A stretch of 64,000 bases of DNA, from the NCBI GenBank assembly GCA_035502185.1, contig DATJUT010000011.1:17228-81227 (forward strand). The letters run 5' to 3'. Shown here piece by piece: positions 1-8,616 of the stretch. How positions within the stretch are numbered: position 1 is the first letter of the stretch; the number at the start of each line of letters is the position of its first letter. A program made the translations under genes and the position numbers. Under the pieces are notes generated by a model. That model did no database searches. It was not told the DNA's origin and saw nothing but the letters and a program-made list of their open reading frames with translations. Origin of the DNA: Gemmatimonadales bacterium. GTDB taxonomy: Bacteria > Gemmatimonadota > Gemmatimonadetes > Gemmatimonadales > JACORV01.

Positions 1-2099
1 AGCAGCTCGTAGAGCTTGGCGGGGATCATCACCTGCTGGTCCTGCGCCAGGACGATCGAGGCCGACGACCCGGCGGCGAGGCGCAGCGCCTCGGCCCGCG
101 ACACCACGCCGGCCAGATGGACGTAGGCCTCGAGTCCGGCGCGGCTCGTCTGCGCGCGCAGGTCCGCCTGCCGGCCCTCGTCCAGGTGTCCGGCGACGTG
201 AATGCGCGCCTCGGCCGGTCCGATCTCCGGATGCCGGTCGAGCAGCGCCCGGAACGCGCTCAGCACCGGGCCGAGGTTGCGCCTGATGTAGAGCGTGCCG
301 GCGTGCACGATGGTGAGCCCGGGCTCCCGCACGGCCTCCACTCCGGGCAGCTGCTCCGGATCCACGCCGTTGCGCACCCAGGTGGCCTTCCGCGCCGGAA
401 ACCGCGCCGCGACCGCCTCGGCCAGCTCGGGCGTGTTCGCGATCGCCTCGCGCGCGACCTCGAACACCCGGCGCTCCAGGCGGCGCGCGAGGGCGCGCGC
501 GATCCCGGACGCGTACAGCTCCGTGAACCAGGGGTCGCGGAAATCCACCACCAGCGGCACCCGCTCCGCCGCACAGGCCCGGGCGCCGACCACGTGCGCG
601 GTGTGCGGCGGGCCGCTGGTGACCACCACGTCCGGCTCGACGGCACGAATCAGCTCGCGGGCCCGCCGCGTCGCGCGCAGCGTCCAGCCGCGGCTCTGAT
701 CCGGGAAGCCGAGGAGCGACGCGAGCCGGCGCCTGAGGCTCGGCGACGCCGGGACCATGGTGCCGTCGCCGCCCTGCGGCGCGGCCGGCGCGGCGCCGGC
801 GCCGGCGGTCCGGCGCCGCAGCAGCCCGCGCGCCTTCCGCGCGAGGGCGTTGTACGCGTCGTTCAGCGTCGCGCGCCGCGGGCAGACGTGCACCTGCACG
901 CCGTCGCGCAGCCCGGCCGGCGTGGCCGTCGAGCCCGTGAGGACGTGGACCTCCCAGCCCTGCCGCACGAGGTACTTCGAGAGGCCCGCCCACCGCAGGC
1001 CTCCGACCGCCCCGTCGGGCGGATAGTGGTAGCTCACGACCAGCAACCGCCTCGGGCGCCGGACGACGAGGGGCGCCGGCCGGCCGGCCGCCGGGCCCGC
1101 CACGCTCGCCGCGCCCGGCGGGCGACGAGCGGCACCCGGCTGGAGCAACGCCGCCTCGCCGACGGTGGCGAACGCGACGCTCGCCGTGCGCGCGAGGCCG
1201 TCGAGGAACCGGGCGATCCAGTCGTGCAGCCGCTCCACGTCAGCGCGCGAGCGCGCGAAGGGCGACAGGCCGGGCCGCAGCGTGGGGCTGTGCAAGGTCA
1301 GATGCAGGTGCGTCACGCCGTGGGCGGCGAGGAGCCTCGCCAGCCGCAGGCCGTCGGCCGGCGAGCTGATCTCGGGGCTCAGCATGACCTTCTGGAGCAG
1401 CCCCAGGCGGGCCGCGACGCCCGCGAGCCGCAGCCGCCGCAGCCCGCTGCCGGTCAGCGCGCCGTGGACGCGCGACCAGCGCTCGAACGGCCAGCGCGTG
1501 TACCCGCAGGACAGCGGGACTTCCACCAGGGGGCCGCCCGCGACCCCGAGGCACGGGTCGGTCGTGCCGTCGAGGGCGTAGATCGAGAGCGGCGCCCCGA
1601 CGAAGTCGGCGCCGTCGTCCATCTCCACCCACGACACCCACGGGGTCACGCTGCTGTCGACGAGGTAGCCCTGCTCGATCAGGGCCTGCGTGGTGTCCCG
1701 GCCCAGGCCGTAGCGGCCGGCCCGGAACGAGGTCGGGCGCACGCCGGTCCCCAGCGCGATGGCACGGGTGAGGCCGGCGAGCTTGGCGCACTGCAGCGGC
1801 GGCGGCAGGTTCTTGGTCATCGAGTTGCGCGCCACGAACTCCTCGTCCAGCGGCGGCGTGTTCCAGGGGTGCAGGTGCGCGCCGACCTCGGCGCGCCCGC
1901 CCTGGGACAGATCTCGCAGGATGCCCGCCGCCCACGGCACGGTGGCAACCTGCCAAGTCGTGAAGTAGGTCGGCCGCAGGCCGAGCCGCTCGCAGCGGGC
2001 CTGGAAGCCGGGCAGCTCGCGGATGTTGTCCACGGTGACGCCGGTGCGCGCGCGTCCCCAGTTGTCCTCTTCCGTGTCCACCGACACCAGCACGGCCAT
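1..2099 (-). CDS. Fusion protein: N-terminal divergent polysaccharide deacetylase-like domain plus C-terminal GT4-type glycosyltransferase (3' end runs off the window)
   Basis: Absent from the ORF track because there is no in-window stop. My minus-strand translation from ATG 2099 reads MAVLVSVDTEEDNWGRARTGVTVDNIRELPGFQARCERLGLRPTYFTTW...HLHPWNTPP. After a linker it continues RRLLVVSYHYPPDGAVGGLRWAGLSKYLVRQGWEVHVLTG...VVTSGPPHTAH...FRDPW, a GT4-like N-terminal Rossmann pattern. The frame stays open to position 1. The start lies 9 nt after the stop of the upstream gene at 2108. Confidence 0.7.
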   Translation of the reverse strand, partial: MAVLVSVDTEEDNWGRARTGVTVDNIRELPGFQARCERLGLRPTYFTTWQVATVPWAAGILRDLSQGGRAEVGAHLHPWNTPPLDEEFVARNSMTKNLPPPLQCAKLAGLTRAIALGTGVRPTSFRAGRYGLGRDTTQALIEQGYLVDSSVTPWVSWVEMDDGADFVGAPLSIYALDGTTDPCLGVAGGPLVEVPLSCGYTRWPFERWSRVHGALTGSGLRRLRLAGVAARLGLLQKVMLSPEISSPADGLRLARLLAAHGVTHLHLTLHSPTLRPGLSPFARSRADVERLHDWIARFLDGLARTASVAFATVGEAALLQPGAARRPPGAASVAGPAAGRPAPLVVRRPRRLLVVSYHYPPDGAVGGLRWAGLSKYLVRQGWEVHVLTGSTATPAGLRDGVQVHVCPRRATLNDAYNALARKARGLLRRRTAGAGAAPAAPQGGDGTMVPASPSLRRRLASLLGFPDQSRGWTLRATRRARELIRAVEPDVVVTSGPPHTAHVVGARACAAERVPLVVDFRDPWFTELYASGIARALARRLERRVFEVAREAIANTPELAEAVAARFPARKATWVRNGVDPEQLPGVEAVREPGLTIVHAGTLYIRRNLGPVLSAFRALLDRHPEIGPAEARIHVAGHLDEGRQADLRAQTSRAGLEAYVHLAGVVSRAEALRLAAGSSASIVLAQDQQVMIPAKLYEL

Positions 2100-2107
2100 C
2101 GGTGCGG

Positions 2108-3670
2108 TCACGCGTCCGCCCCGGAGTCGGATCCGTTGCGCCCCAGCAGCCTCTTCGCCATCCGCTTGACGGGCCGCGGCACGAGCCGCAGCAGGCCGGC
2201 CCATTCCAGCGTCCGGCGCAGGGCGGCCTGGGCGCCGACCTGCGGCCAGCCGTTGATGGGCTCGACCAGCACGTCGGGCCACAGGCGCCGGATCAGGGAC
2301 CGGAAGAGGTAGTAGGCGGGCTCCTGGCGGTAGCGCTCCGAGACGCCGAGCAGCGTGGTGAGCAGGGTGCGGCAGCTGAACGGGGCGAAGGACTCGCGGG
2401 CGATGTCGAGCTCGGCCAGGAGCGCGGCCTGCAGCCGGCCCGCCTCCTGCTCCCAGGCGAACAGGTCCCGCAGCGGCACGTTGTGGCGGTGGGCCCGCGC
2501 GCCCGCGAGCCACCGCTCGAAGGCCGCCAGCGCGAACGGGTGCTCCGGCAGCCGGGTCAGCGCCGCGAGGTCGCGCGCGGTCAGGTCCCCGCCGGCGAAG
2601 CGCCCCGAGGCGTCGTCGCACCGGACGATCTCTCCCGCGTCGCCCGAGACGATCACGCCTCCGTCCGGGGATCCGTCGAGCACCGCCTGTGCCAGCGCGC
2701 AGTACGGCTCGAAGGCGGGGGTGACGTTGCGCCGGTAGGTCGCGGCGAACGCGTCGTCGATCCGGCTCCGGCCGTCGAGGATCGCGTGCCTCAGTCCCAT
2801 GCGCGCCAGCAGCCTGGACGGCACGGTGACGTCGGGTGCGTCCTCCGTCTTCTCACCGAACAGACCCGTGTAGTAGAAGGCACTTCCCGAGGCCGCGCGG
2901 CTCGCCGCCAGCGTGATGCGGCTGTCCCAGCCGGCCGTGAGCGCGGGCATCAGCGCGAACCGCCCGCCCACGCCCTCCATCAGCCCCGTGATGATCTCGA
3001 GGCTGCGGCCGAGCGCCGCCCGGCGCGTCGTCACGGGCACGTCCGTCACCGGCCAGTACCTGGTCGGCCGCCCCGTGCGCAGATCCAGGTAGTGGTTGGG
3101 CAGGAGGACCCGGACCCCGTGGTAGGGCGTGGCGTCGCCGGGGAACCACAGCAGGCTCGTGTGGCGATCCGGGTCGGCCGATGCGAGGAAGGCGGCGGCC
3201 TCATCGTCCGTCCTCGCGCCGACGACCTCGGCCAGCAGCGCGGGCTGGGAGGCGCACCACCGCTGTCCGGGCGCCGGCCCTTCGGTGTAGGCGACCTGGC
3301 GCAGGCCGGCCGCGTCGGCGAACAGGATGGTCCGCTCGCCGTCGTGCACGACGAGCACCCACCGTCCCCCGAGGGAGGCGGTCCGCTCCAGCACGTCGCC
3401 GCCGGCGCGGGCGCCGTCCAGCAGCGCGGCGAGGATCTCGGCGTCGCCGGCCGCGGGGTGCGACGGGTCGACGACGTAGCCCAGCAGGACGGCCGATCGC
3501 TCCCCGGCGGCGACACGGGTGACGCCGAGGTCAGGATGGACGGTCAGCCAGAGGTCGGGGCCGAGAGCGACGTGCTGCCACGAGGGAAAGCGGTCGACCG
3601 CACGGGGGCCGAGGACGAACTGGCGCCGGAACAGCAGCCGCTGGAGCGCCGCCGGATCGTACCGGCTCAT
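2108..3670 (-). CDS. Asparagine synthetase-related protein (no N-terminal Cys nucleophile, degenerate PP-loop)
   Basis: Tracked 520-aa ORF with normal amino-acid composition. It starts MSRYD, so it lacks the Cys2 of glutamine-hydrolysing AsnB. The segment ALTAGWDSRITLAA sits where the SGGxDS PP-loop is expected. It is in an operon with EPS genes. Confidence 0.65.
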   Translation of the reverse strand: MSRYDPAALQRLLFRRQFVLGPRAVDRFPSWQHVALGPDLWLTVHPDLGVTRVAAGERSAVLLGYVVDPSHPAAGDAEILAALLDGARAGGDVLERTASLGGRWVLVVHDGERTILFADAAGLRQVAYTEGPAPGQRWCASQPALLAEVVGARTDDEAAAFLASADPDRHTSLLWFPGDATPYHGVRVLLPNHYLDLRTGRPTRYWPVTDVPVTTRRAALGRSLEIITGLMEGVGGRFALMPALTAGWDSRITLAASRAASGSAFYYTGLFGEKTEDAPDVTVPSRLLARMGLRHAILDGRSRIDDAFAATYRRNVTPAFEPYCALAQAVLDGSPDGGVIVSGDAGEIVRCDDASGRFAGGDLTARDLAALTRLPEHPFALAAFERWLAGARAHRHNVPLRDLFAWEQEAGRLQAALLAELDIARESFAPFSCRTLLTTLLGVSERYRQEPAYYLFRSLIRRLWPDVLVEPINGWPQVGAQAALRRTLEWAGLLRLVPRPVKRMAKRLLGRNGSDSGADA

Positions 3671-3728
3671 GGCGGCGGCCGTCGCGGCGGCGGCAGCGTC
3701 GGGGCGTTCCGGTCGCCGGGGCGCGGCA

Positions 3729-4619
3729 CTAGGCCGTGCGCGCCGCGGCGGGGGCCCCGTCCGCGAGCAGCTCCCCGCCCCAGGCCAGGATCAGGCGCGC
3801 GAGGGCCGCCTGGCTGGCGAGGGTCGTGGCCTGGTGATCGGAGTCGGGCAGGAACTCGACCGGAATGCGGTCGCCGATGCCGAAGGGCGCGAACGTGTCG
3901 CGGAACTGTTCCCGGTAGTTGTAGTGCCGGATCTCGCCACCGGAGTAGACCATCCCCAGCCGGACGCCGCGCGCGAGCAGGACCTTCAACCCCTCGGCGA
4001 ACACCTCCTTGGACGGGATGAAGTTCACCCGGCCGAGCTCCGGGACCGGGTGCTCGGCGGCGATGCGGCCGGCGGGCGGCCGGCGCCAGCGGCCGAGGCC
4101 CGAGAGGCCGCGGCCCACGAAACCGAGGACCCGGCGCGCGAAGTGCGGCTGGCGCAGCGCGGTCAGATAGTGGTAGGCGTGGGTCTTGAAGGTCGGGTAA
4201 CGGTAGGCGTCCAGCATCAGCAGGCCCACCACCCGCTCGTCGGCCAGCGCCGCCCCGTAGCCGTGGTAGGCGCCGGAACAATGCCCGAAGATGCCGAAGC
4301 GCCGGACCTGGGCCGCCGCGCCGAGGGCGTCCATCGCGGCGCGCACGTCCACCACCGCCTGCTCCTCGAACGAGTGCTGGCCCGTGAGCCGCGCGCTGTC
4401 GCCGTGCCCGGCCAGGTCGAAGCGGATGGACGGAATGCCGCGCGCCGCCAGCTGGCGGGAGAGCCGCACGTTGAAGCGATGCGGCCCGACGCGGTGCACC
4501 ATGCCGGCGTTGAACAGCAGGACGCCGATGCCGGCGGCCGCGCCGCCGGGCCCGTCCGGCAGCACGATCGTGCCCACGAGGCCGTCGTCGGCGCCGAAGG
4601 TGACCGACCGCTCGATCAT
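3729..4619 (-). CDS. Alpha/beta-fold hydrolase-like protein with a G-H-C-S-G elbow (Cys at the nucleophile position)
   Basis: This is the 3' part of tracked ORF 3729..6005, starting MIERSVTFGADDGLVGTIVLPDG...FDLAGHGDS...FGIFGHCSGAYHG. ATG 4619 overlaps the upstream stop (ATGA at 4616-4619). Confidence 0.8.
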   Translation of the reverse strand: MIERSVTFGADDGLVGTIVLPDGPGGAAAGIGVLLFNAGMVHRVGPHRFNVRLSRQLAARGIPSIRFDLAGHGDSARLTGQHSFEEQAVVDVRAAMDALGAAAQVRRFGIFGHCSGAYHGYGAALADERVVGLLMLDAYRYPTFKTHAYHYLTALRQPHFARRVLGFVGRGLSGLGRWRRPPAGRIAAEHPVPELGRVNFIPSKEVFAEGLKVLLARGVRLGMVYSGGEIRHYNYREQFRDTFAPFGIGDRIPVEFLPDSDHQATTLASQAALARLILAWGGELLADGAPAAARTA

Positions 4620-7417
4620 GCGTCCTCCGAGAGCGCGGCGACGAGGCTGCGGATGTCGTCCGGCGGGATGAGCGAATCGTTGAGCATGTCGTTGAGCAGC
4701 CACACGACGTCGGAGGCCGTGGTCCGGGTGGCGACGGCGGCGCCGCCGGCGGCCAGCTGCTCCGCGAGGCCGGCCCACGCTTCGCCGGCGCGGGCGCCCA
4801 CCAGGGTCACGCGCCCGGCGCGCGCGCCCCGGAACGACGCGGGCCCGAGCGCGCCCAGCTGCGCCGTGAAGTCCGGGGTCAGCGGGTAGCCGAGCGACTC
4901 GGACTTCGCCTCCTCCAGCGCCTGGGCGCGGAGCCGGCTCTCGGCTTCCCACCGCAGCCCGAAGGCGTCCTTGCGCGCGGCGACGTGCGCCTCGGCCAGC
5001 TCGGCGACGTAGGCCGCCCCGTCGGTCACGGGATCCCACAGCACCAGGCGCCGGGGGGGCCGCGCCGCGTTCCGCGAGGCCAGCGCCGCCAGGGTCGCGC
5101 CGAGCCGCAGGCCGAGCCACGCGACCTGCGACGAGCTGCTGCGGCGCACGATCTCGTCGCTGGCCCGCACGACGTCCTCCGTCCAGACGGCGAGGCTGCC
5201 CTCCTCGTCGGCGCCGGCGGAGTCTCCGGTGCCCAGGTAGTCGAACCGCAGCACGTGCAGGCCGGCGCGCGAGAGGCGGTCGGCGAGGATCCGGAACACG
5301 CGGTGCGAGCGGACCGCCTCCTGGCCGAACGGGTTGCACAGCACGCAGCACTCGCGCCGGTCCTGTCCGCCCGACGGCGGCTGGTAGAGGCCGAACAGCT
5401 CGCGGCCCGGCGGGCCGAAGCGGATCGGCACCGGGTGTGCCTCGCCGGCCGGCGCGGGCGCGGCCACGCTCGGCGGGGCGGCCGCCGGCGCGGGCGGCGC
5501 CGCGGCGGCGGCGGGCCGGCTCTTGCGGCGCGCGGCCTCGAGCGCGGACGCCATCTCGGCGACCGTGGGGTTCTCGAACACCGTCTGGATGTGCAGCGCC
5601 ACGCCGAACGCGGCCTGGATCTGGGTCACCGCGGACACGACCATCAGCGACGTGGCGCCGAGGTCGAAGACGTCGTCCTCGACGCCGACCCGCTCGAGCT
5701 TGAGCAGGTCCGACCACAGCGCCGCGAGCCGCTGCTCGGTCTCGGTGCGCGGCGCGGCGTACGCCTGCGCCCCGGAGGCGTTCTCGTAGGTCGGCGCCGG
5801 CAGCGCCCTCCGGTCCACCTTGCCGTTCTGGGTGAGCGGGAACGTCTCCAGCAGCACGAAGTGCGCGGGCACCATGTACTCGGGCATCCGCTCCTTCAGG
5901 AACCGGCGCAGGTCGTCCGGCGCCGGCGCGCGGTCCGCGCGCGGCACGACGTAGCCCACCAGCTGCTTGTTGCCGGGCGAGTCCTCGCGCAGCAGCACCG
6001 TGCACGAGCGCACGTCGGGCTGGCCCGCGAGCGTCGCCTCGATCTCGCCGAGCTCGATCCGGTAGCCGTGCACCTTGACCTGGTCGTCCACGCGGCCGAG
6101 GTACTCGAGGATCCCGTCGCTGCGCCAGCGCGCGAGGTCACCGGTCTTGTAGAGGCGGGCGCCGGACCGCCCCGAGAAGGTGTCGGGCAGGAAGCGCTGC
6201 TGGGTGAGGTCGGGCCGGTTCAGGTAGCCGCGCGCGACGCCCGCGCCGCCGATGTACAGCTCGCCCATCTCGCCGATCGCGACCGGCTGGAGCGACTCGT
6301 CGAGCACGTACAGCTCGGTATTCGCGATCGGACGCCCGATGGCGATCGCTCCGCTGTCCGGGTCGTCGGGCCGGACCTCGTGGATGCAGCAGCCGACCAC
6401 CGTCTCCGTGGGCCCGTACTCGTTGATCAGGCGCGTCCGGGGCGCCGCCTGCCGCCACAGCCGCAGGCTCTCGGCCGTCAGTGCCTCGCCGCCGATGATG
6501 AAGGCGCGCGTGATGTTGGCCGCCTCGCCCGCGCCGACCTGCTGGTTCAGCAGCTCGAGGTGGGCGGGCGTGATCTTGACCAGCCCGCGCTGCCGGCCGT
6601 CCCGGAGGCTCGCCACCAGGCTCTGCGCCCCGACGTCCTCGGGCACCAGCTCCACGTGCCCGCCCGCGAGCAGCGCCGGAAACAGGCTGGTGACCGTGAG
6701 GTCGAAGGAGATCGAGGAGTGGACCGGGACCGAGTCGCCGGCCACGACGCCGTAGTGCCGGATCGCGTACCACAGGTAGTTGACCAGGCCGCGGTGCTCG
6801 ATCAGCGCGCCCTTGGGCTTGCCGGTCGAGCCGGAGGTGTAGATGACGTAGGCCAGGTTCGCGGGCGTCGCCGCGGCGCCCGGATTCTCGCCGCTCTCGC
6901 GCTCGAGCGCCGCCCAGTCGGTGTCGAGGCACACCAGCTTGTCCTCGAAGCGCGGGAACAGCGGCCGCGCCTTCGCGTCCGCCAGCAGCACGTGCACCGC
7001 CGCGTCGTCCACCAGGAACGCGAGCCGCTCCGGCGGATAGGTGGGGTCGAGCGGCACGTACGCCGCGCCGGCCTTCCACACGCCCAGGAGCCCGGCGACC
7101 ATCAGCGGCGTGCGGTGCAGCGACACCCCCACCAGGGTGTCCGGCCGCACCCCGCGGCGGCGCAGGTGGTGCGCGATCCGGTTCGCCCGCTCGTTCAGCT
7201 CGCCGTAGGTCAGCCGCCCGCCGGGGTGCACCACGGCGGTCGCCGCGGGGTCGCGCGCGACCTGCCGCTCGAACAGCTCGTGCGCGCACGCGTCCGGAAA
7301 CTCGGCCCGCGTGTCGTTCCACTCCTTGAGGATCCGGTCGCGCTCGGCGCCGGCCGGCGCCGGCCGGCCGGGCCCGCCGCCGGCGGACGCCGCGCCGACC
7401 GACGTCAGAGCGACCAC
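4616..7417 (-). CDS. NRPS-like stand-alone adenylation-PCP protein with a C-terminal alpha/beta-hydrolase-fold domain
   Basis: This is the 3' part of tracked ORF 4616..8530. A-domain core motifs are present: LTYGELNERANRIA, YVIYTSGSTGKPKG, FDLTV, NEYGPTE, GELYIGGAGVARGY, YKTGDLARW, GRVDDQVKVHGYRIELGEIE and NGKVDRRAL. The carrier motif is FDLGATSLM. A hydrolase-fold tail follows (FDYLGTGDS...WLGLRLGATLA). The proposed GTG start at 7417 overlaps the acyl-CoA dehydrogenase stop and is uncertain. Confidence 0.85.
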   Translation of the reverse strand: MVALTSVGAASAGGGPGRPAPAGAERDRILKEWNDTRAEFPDACAHELFERQVARDPAATAVVHPGGRLTYGELNERANRIAHHLRRRGVRPDTLVGVSLHRTPLMVAGLLGVWKAGAAYVPLDPTYPPERLAFLVDDAAVHVLLADAKARPLFPRFEDKLVCLDTDWAALERESGENPGAAATPANLAYVIYTSGSTGKPKGALIEHRGLVNYLWYAIRHYGVVAGDSVPVHSSISFDLTVTSLFPALLAGGHVELVPEDVGAQSLVASLRDGRQRGLVKITPAHLELLNQQVGAGEAANITRAFIIGGEALTAESLRLWRQAAPRTRLINEYGPTETVVGCCIHEVRPDDPDSGAIAIGRPIANTELYVLDESLQPVAIGEMGELYIGGAGVARGYLNRPDLTQQRFLPDTFSGRSGARLYKTGDLARWRSDGILEYLGRVDDQVKVHGYRIELGEIEATLAGQPDVRSCTVLLREDSPGNKQLVGYVVPRADRAPAPDDLRRFLKERMPEYMVPAHFVLLETFPLTQNGKVDRRALPAPTYENASGAQAYAAPRTETEQRLAALWSDLLKLERVGVEDDVFDLGATSLMVVSAVTQIQAAFGVALHIQTVFENPTVAEMASALEAARRKSRPAAAAAPPAPAAAPPSVAAPAPAGEAHPVPIRFGPPGRELFGLYQPPSGGQDRRECCVLCNPFGQEAVRSHRVFRILADRLSRAGLHVLRFDYLGTGDSAGADEEGSLAVWTEDVVRASDEIVRRSSSSQVAWLGLRLGATLAALASRNAARPPRRLVLWDPVTDGAAYVAELAEAHVAARKDAFGLRWEAESRLRAQALEEAKSESLGYPLTPDFTAQLGALGPASFRGARAGRVTLVGARAGEAWAGLAEQLAAGGAAVATRTTASDVVWLLNDMLNDSLIPPDDIRSLVAALSEDA

Positions 7418-8556
7418 GCGATCAGCTCCTTCATCGTTTCGTTGGTCCCGGCATAGATGCGCTGCACCCGGCTGTCGGCCCACATCCGGGCGATCGCGTA
7501 CTCGGTCATGTAGCCGTAGCCGCCATGCAGCTGGACGCACTCGTCCACCACGCGGCACTGGGTCTCCGTCATCCAGTACTTGGCCAGCGCCGCCCCGACG
7601 TCGTCGAGCGCGCCGGCGATGAACCGCACGACGCAGTCGTCCACGAACACGCGGCCGACCCGCGCCTGCGCGGCGCATTCCACCAGCTTGAACCGCGCGT
7701 TCTGCAGGTCGAACAGCGGCTTGCCGTACAGGGCCCGCTCCTTGGCGTAGCGGAGCGTGATGGCGACCGCCTCCTCGGCCATCGCGACCGCGCCCACCGC
7801 GATCGACAGCCGCTCGAACGGCAGCCGCTGCATCATCTGGGACATCCCGCGCCCCTCGGCCGCCCCGAGCAGGTTGGCGGCCGGCACCCGCACGTTCTCG
7901 AAGAACAGCTCGCAGGTGTCCTGGCCGTGCATGCCCACCTTCTCGAGCGGCTTGCCGACGCCGTAGCCCTTGAGGTCCTTCGTCTCCACCATCACCAGGG
8001 AGACCGCGCGCATCGGCGGCGCCGCGGGGTTGGTCTTCACCGCCAGGCACACCAGCCCGGCGTGCCAGCCGTTGGTGATCATCGTCTTGGAGCCGTTGAC
8101 GACGTAGTGGTCGCCGTCCCGGACCGCCGTGGTCTTGATGCCGGCGAGGTCCGAGCCCGCGGCCGGCTCGGTCATCGCGATCGCACCCACCAGCTCGCCC
8201 GCGGCCATGCGCGGCAGCCAGGCGCGCTTCTGCTCCTCGGTACCGTAGCCGTGGACGTAGTGCGCCACGGTGCCCTGCACGTTGGAGCCGAAATGCACGC
8301 CGGCGCGCGCCAACTCCTCCAGCACGACGCACTCGTGCGCGAACGTGCCGCCGCCGCCGCCGTACTCGGCCGGCACGTCCGGCAGGAGCAGGCCGACCTC
8401 GCCGGCCTTGCGCCAGTCCGCCGCGTCGGGATGGTGCTGCTCGCGCCACTGGGGCTGGCGCGGGACGAACTCCTCCTGGATGAAGCGCCGGACGCTGTCG
8501 CGGAACAGCCGCAGCTCGTCGTTCATCCACGGAGACTCGTAAGCGGACGACGTCAT
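7405..8556 (-). CDS. Acyl-CoA dehydrogenase family protein
   Basis: Tracked 383-aa ORF. It contains AMTEPAAGSDLAGIKTTA, VVNGSKTMITNG, QLHGGYGYMTEYAIARMWADSRVQRIYAGTNETMKELIA, typical of the ACAD fold. Confidence 0.9.
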   Translation of the reverse strand: MTSSAYESPWMNDELRLFRDSVRRFIQEEFVPRQPQWREQHHPDAADWRKAGEVGLLLPDVPAEYGGGGGTFAHECVVLEELARAGVHFGSNVQGTVAHYVHGYGTEEQKRAWLPRMAAGELVGAIAMTEPAAGSDLAGIKTTAVRDGDHYVVNGSKTMITNGWHAGLVCLAVKTNPAAPPMRAVSLVMVETKDLKGYGVGKPLEKVGMHGQDTCELFFENVRVPAANLLGAAEGRGMSQMMQRLPFERLSIAVGAVAMAEEAVAITLRYAKERALYGKPLFDLQNARFKLVECAAQARVGRVFVDDCVVRFIAGALDDVGAALAKYWMTETQCRVVDECVQLHGGYGYMTEYAIARMWADSRVQRIYAGTNETMKELIAWSL

Positions 8557-8616
8557 GGTGTTCTCTCGCCGATCAAAGACGCGCGCGGCACGCTGGCGCG
8601 CCGCGCGCCCGACGGA

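Noticed and set aside
117-2312. 731-aa plus-strand ORF (and nested ORFs 260..646, 295..699, 757..1026, 1165..1581, 1240..1956, 1759..1968)
   Set aside because: The composition is extremely Arg/Pro/Gly/Ala-rich with no recognisable motifs. It is antisense or out of frame to a clean minus-strand reading frame with deacetylase and GT4 motifs. Such shadow ORFs are typical of high-GC DNA.
4985-7456. 823-aa plus-strand ORF, with similar long antisense ORFs at 7525..9555, 9489..11102, 12699..15485, 28157..30952, 30511..33204, 40325..42394, 49444..52212, 54785..56608 and 60538..62073
   Set aside because: Each lies opposite a gene with unambiguous family motifs, and each has the Arg/Pro/Gly/Ala/His-rich low-complexity signature of non-coding frames in GC-rich genomes.
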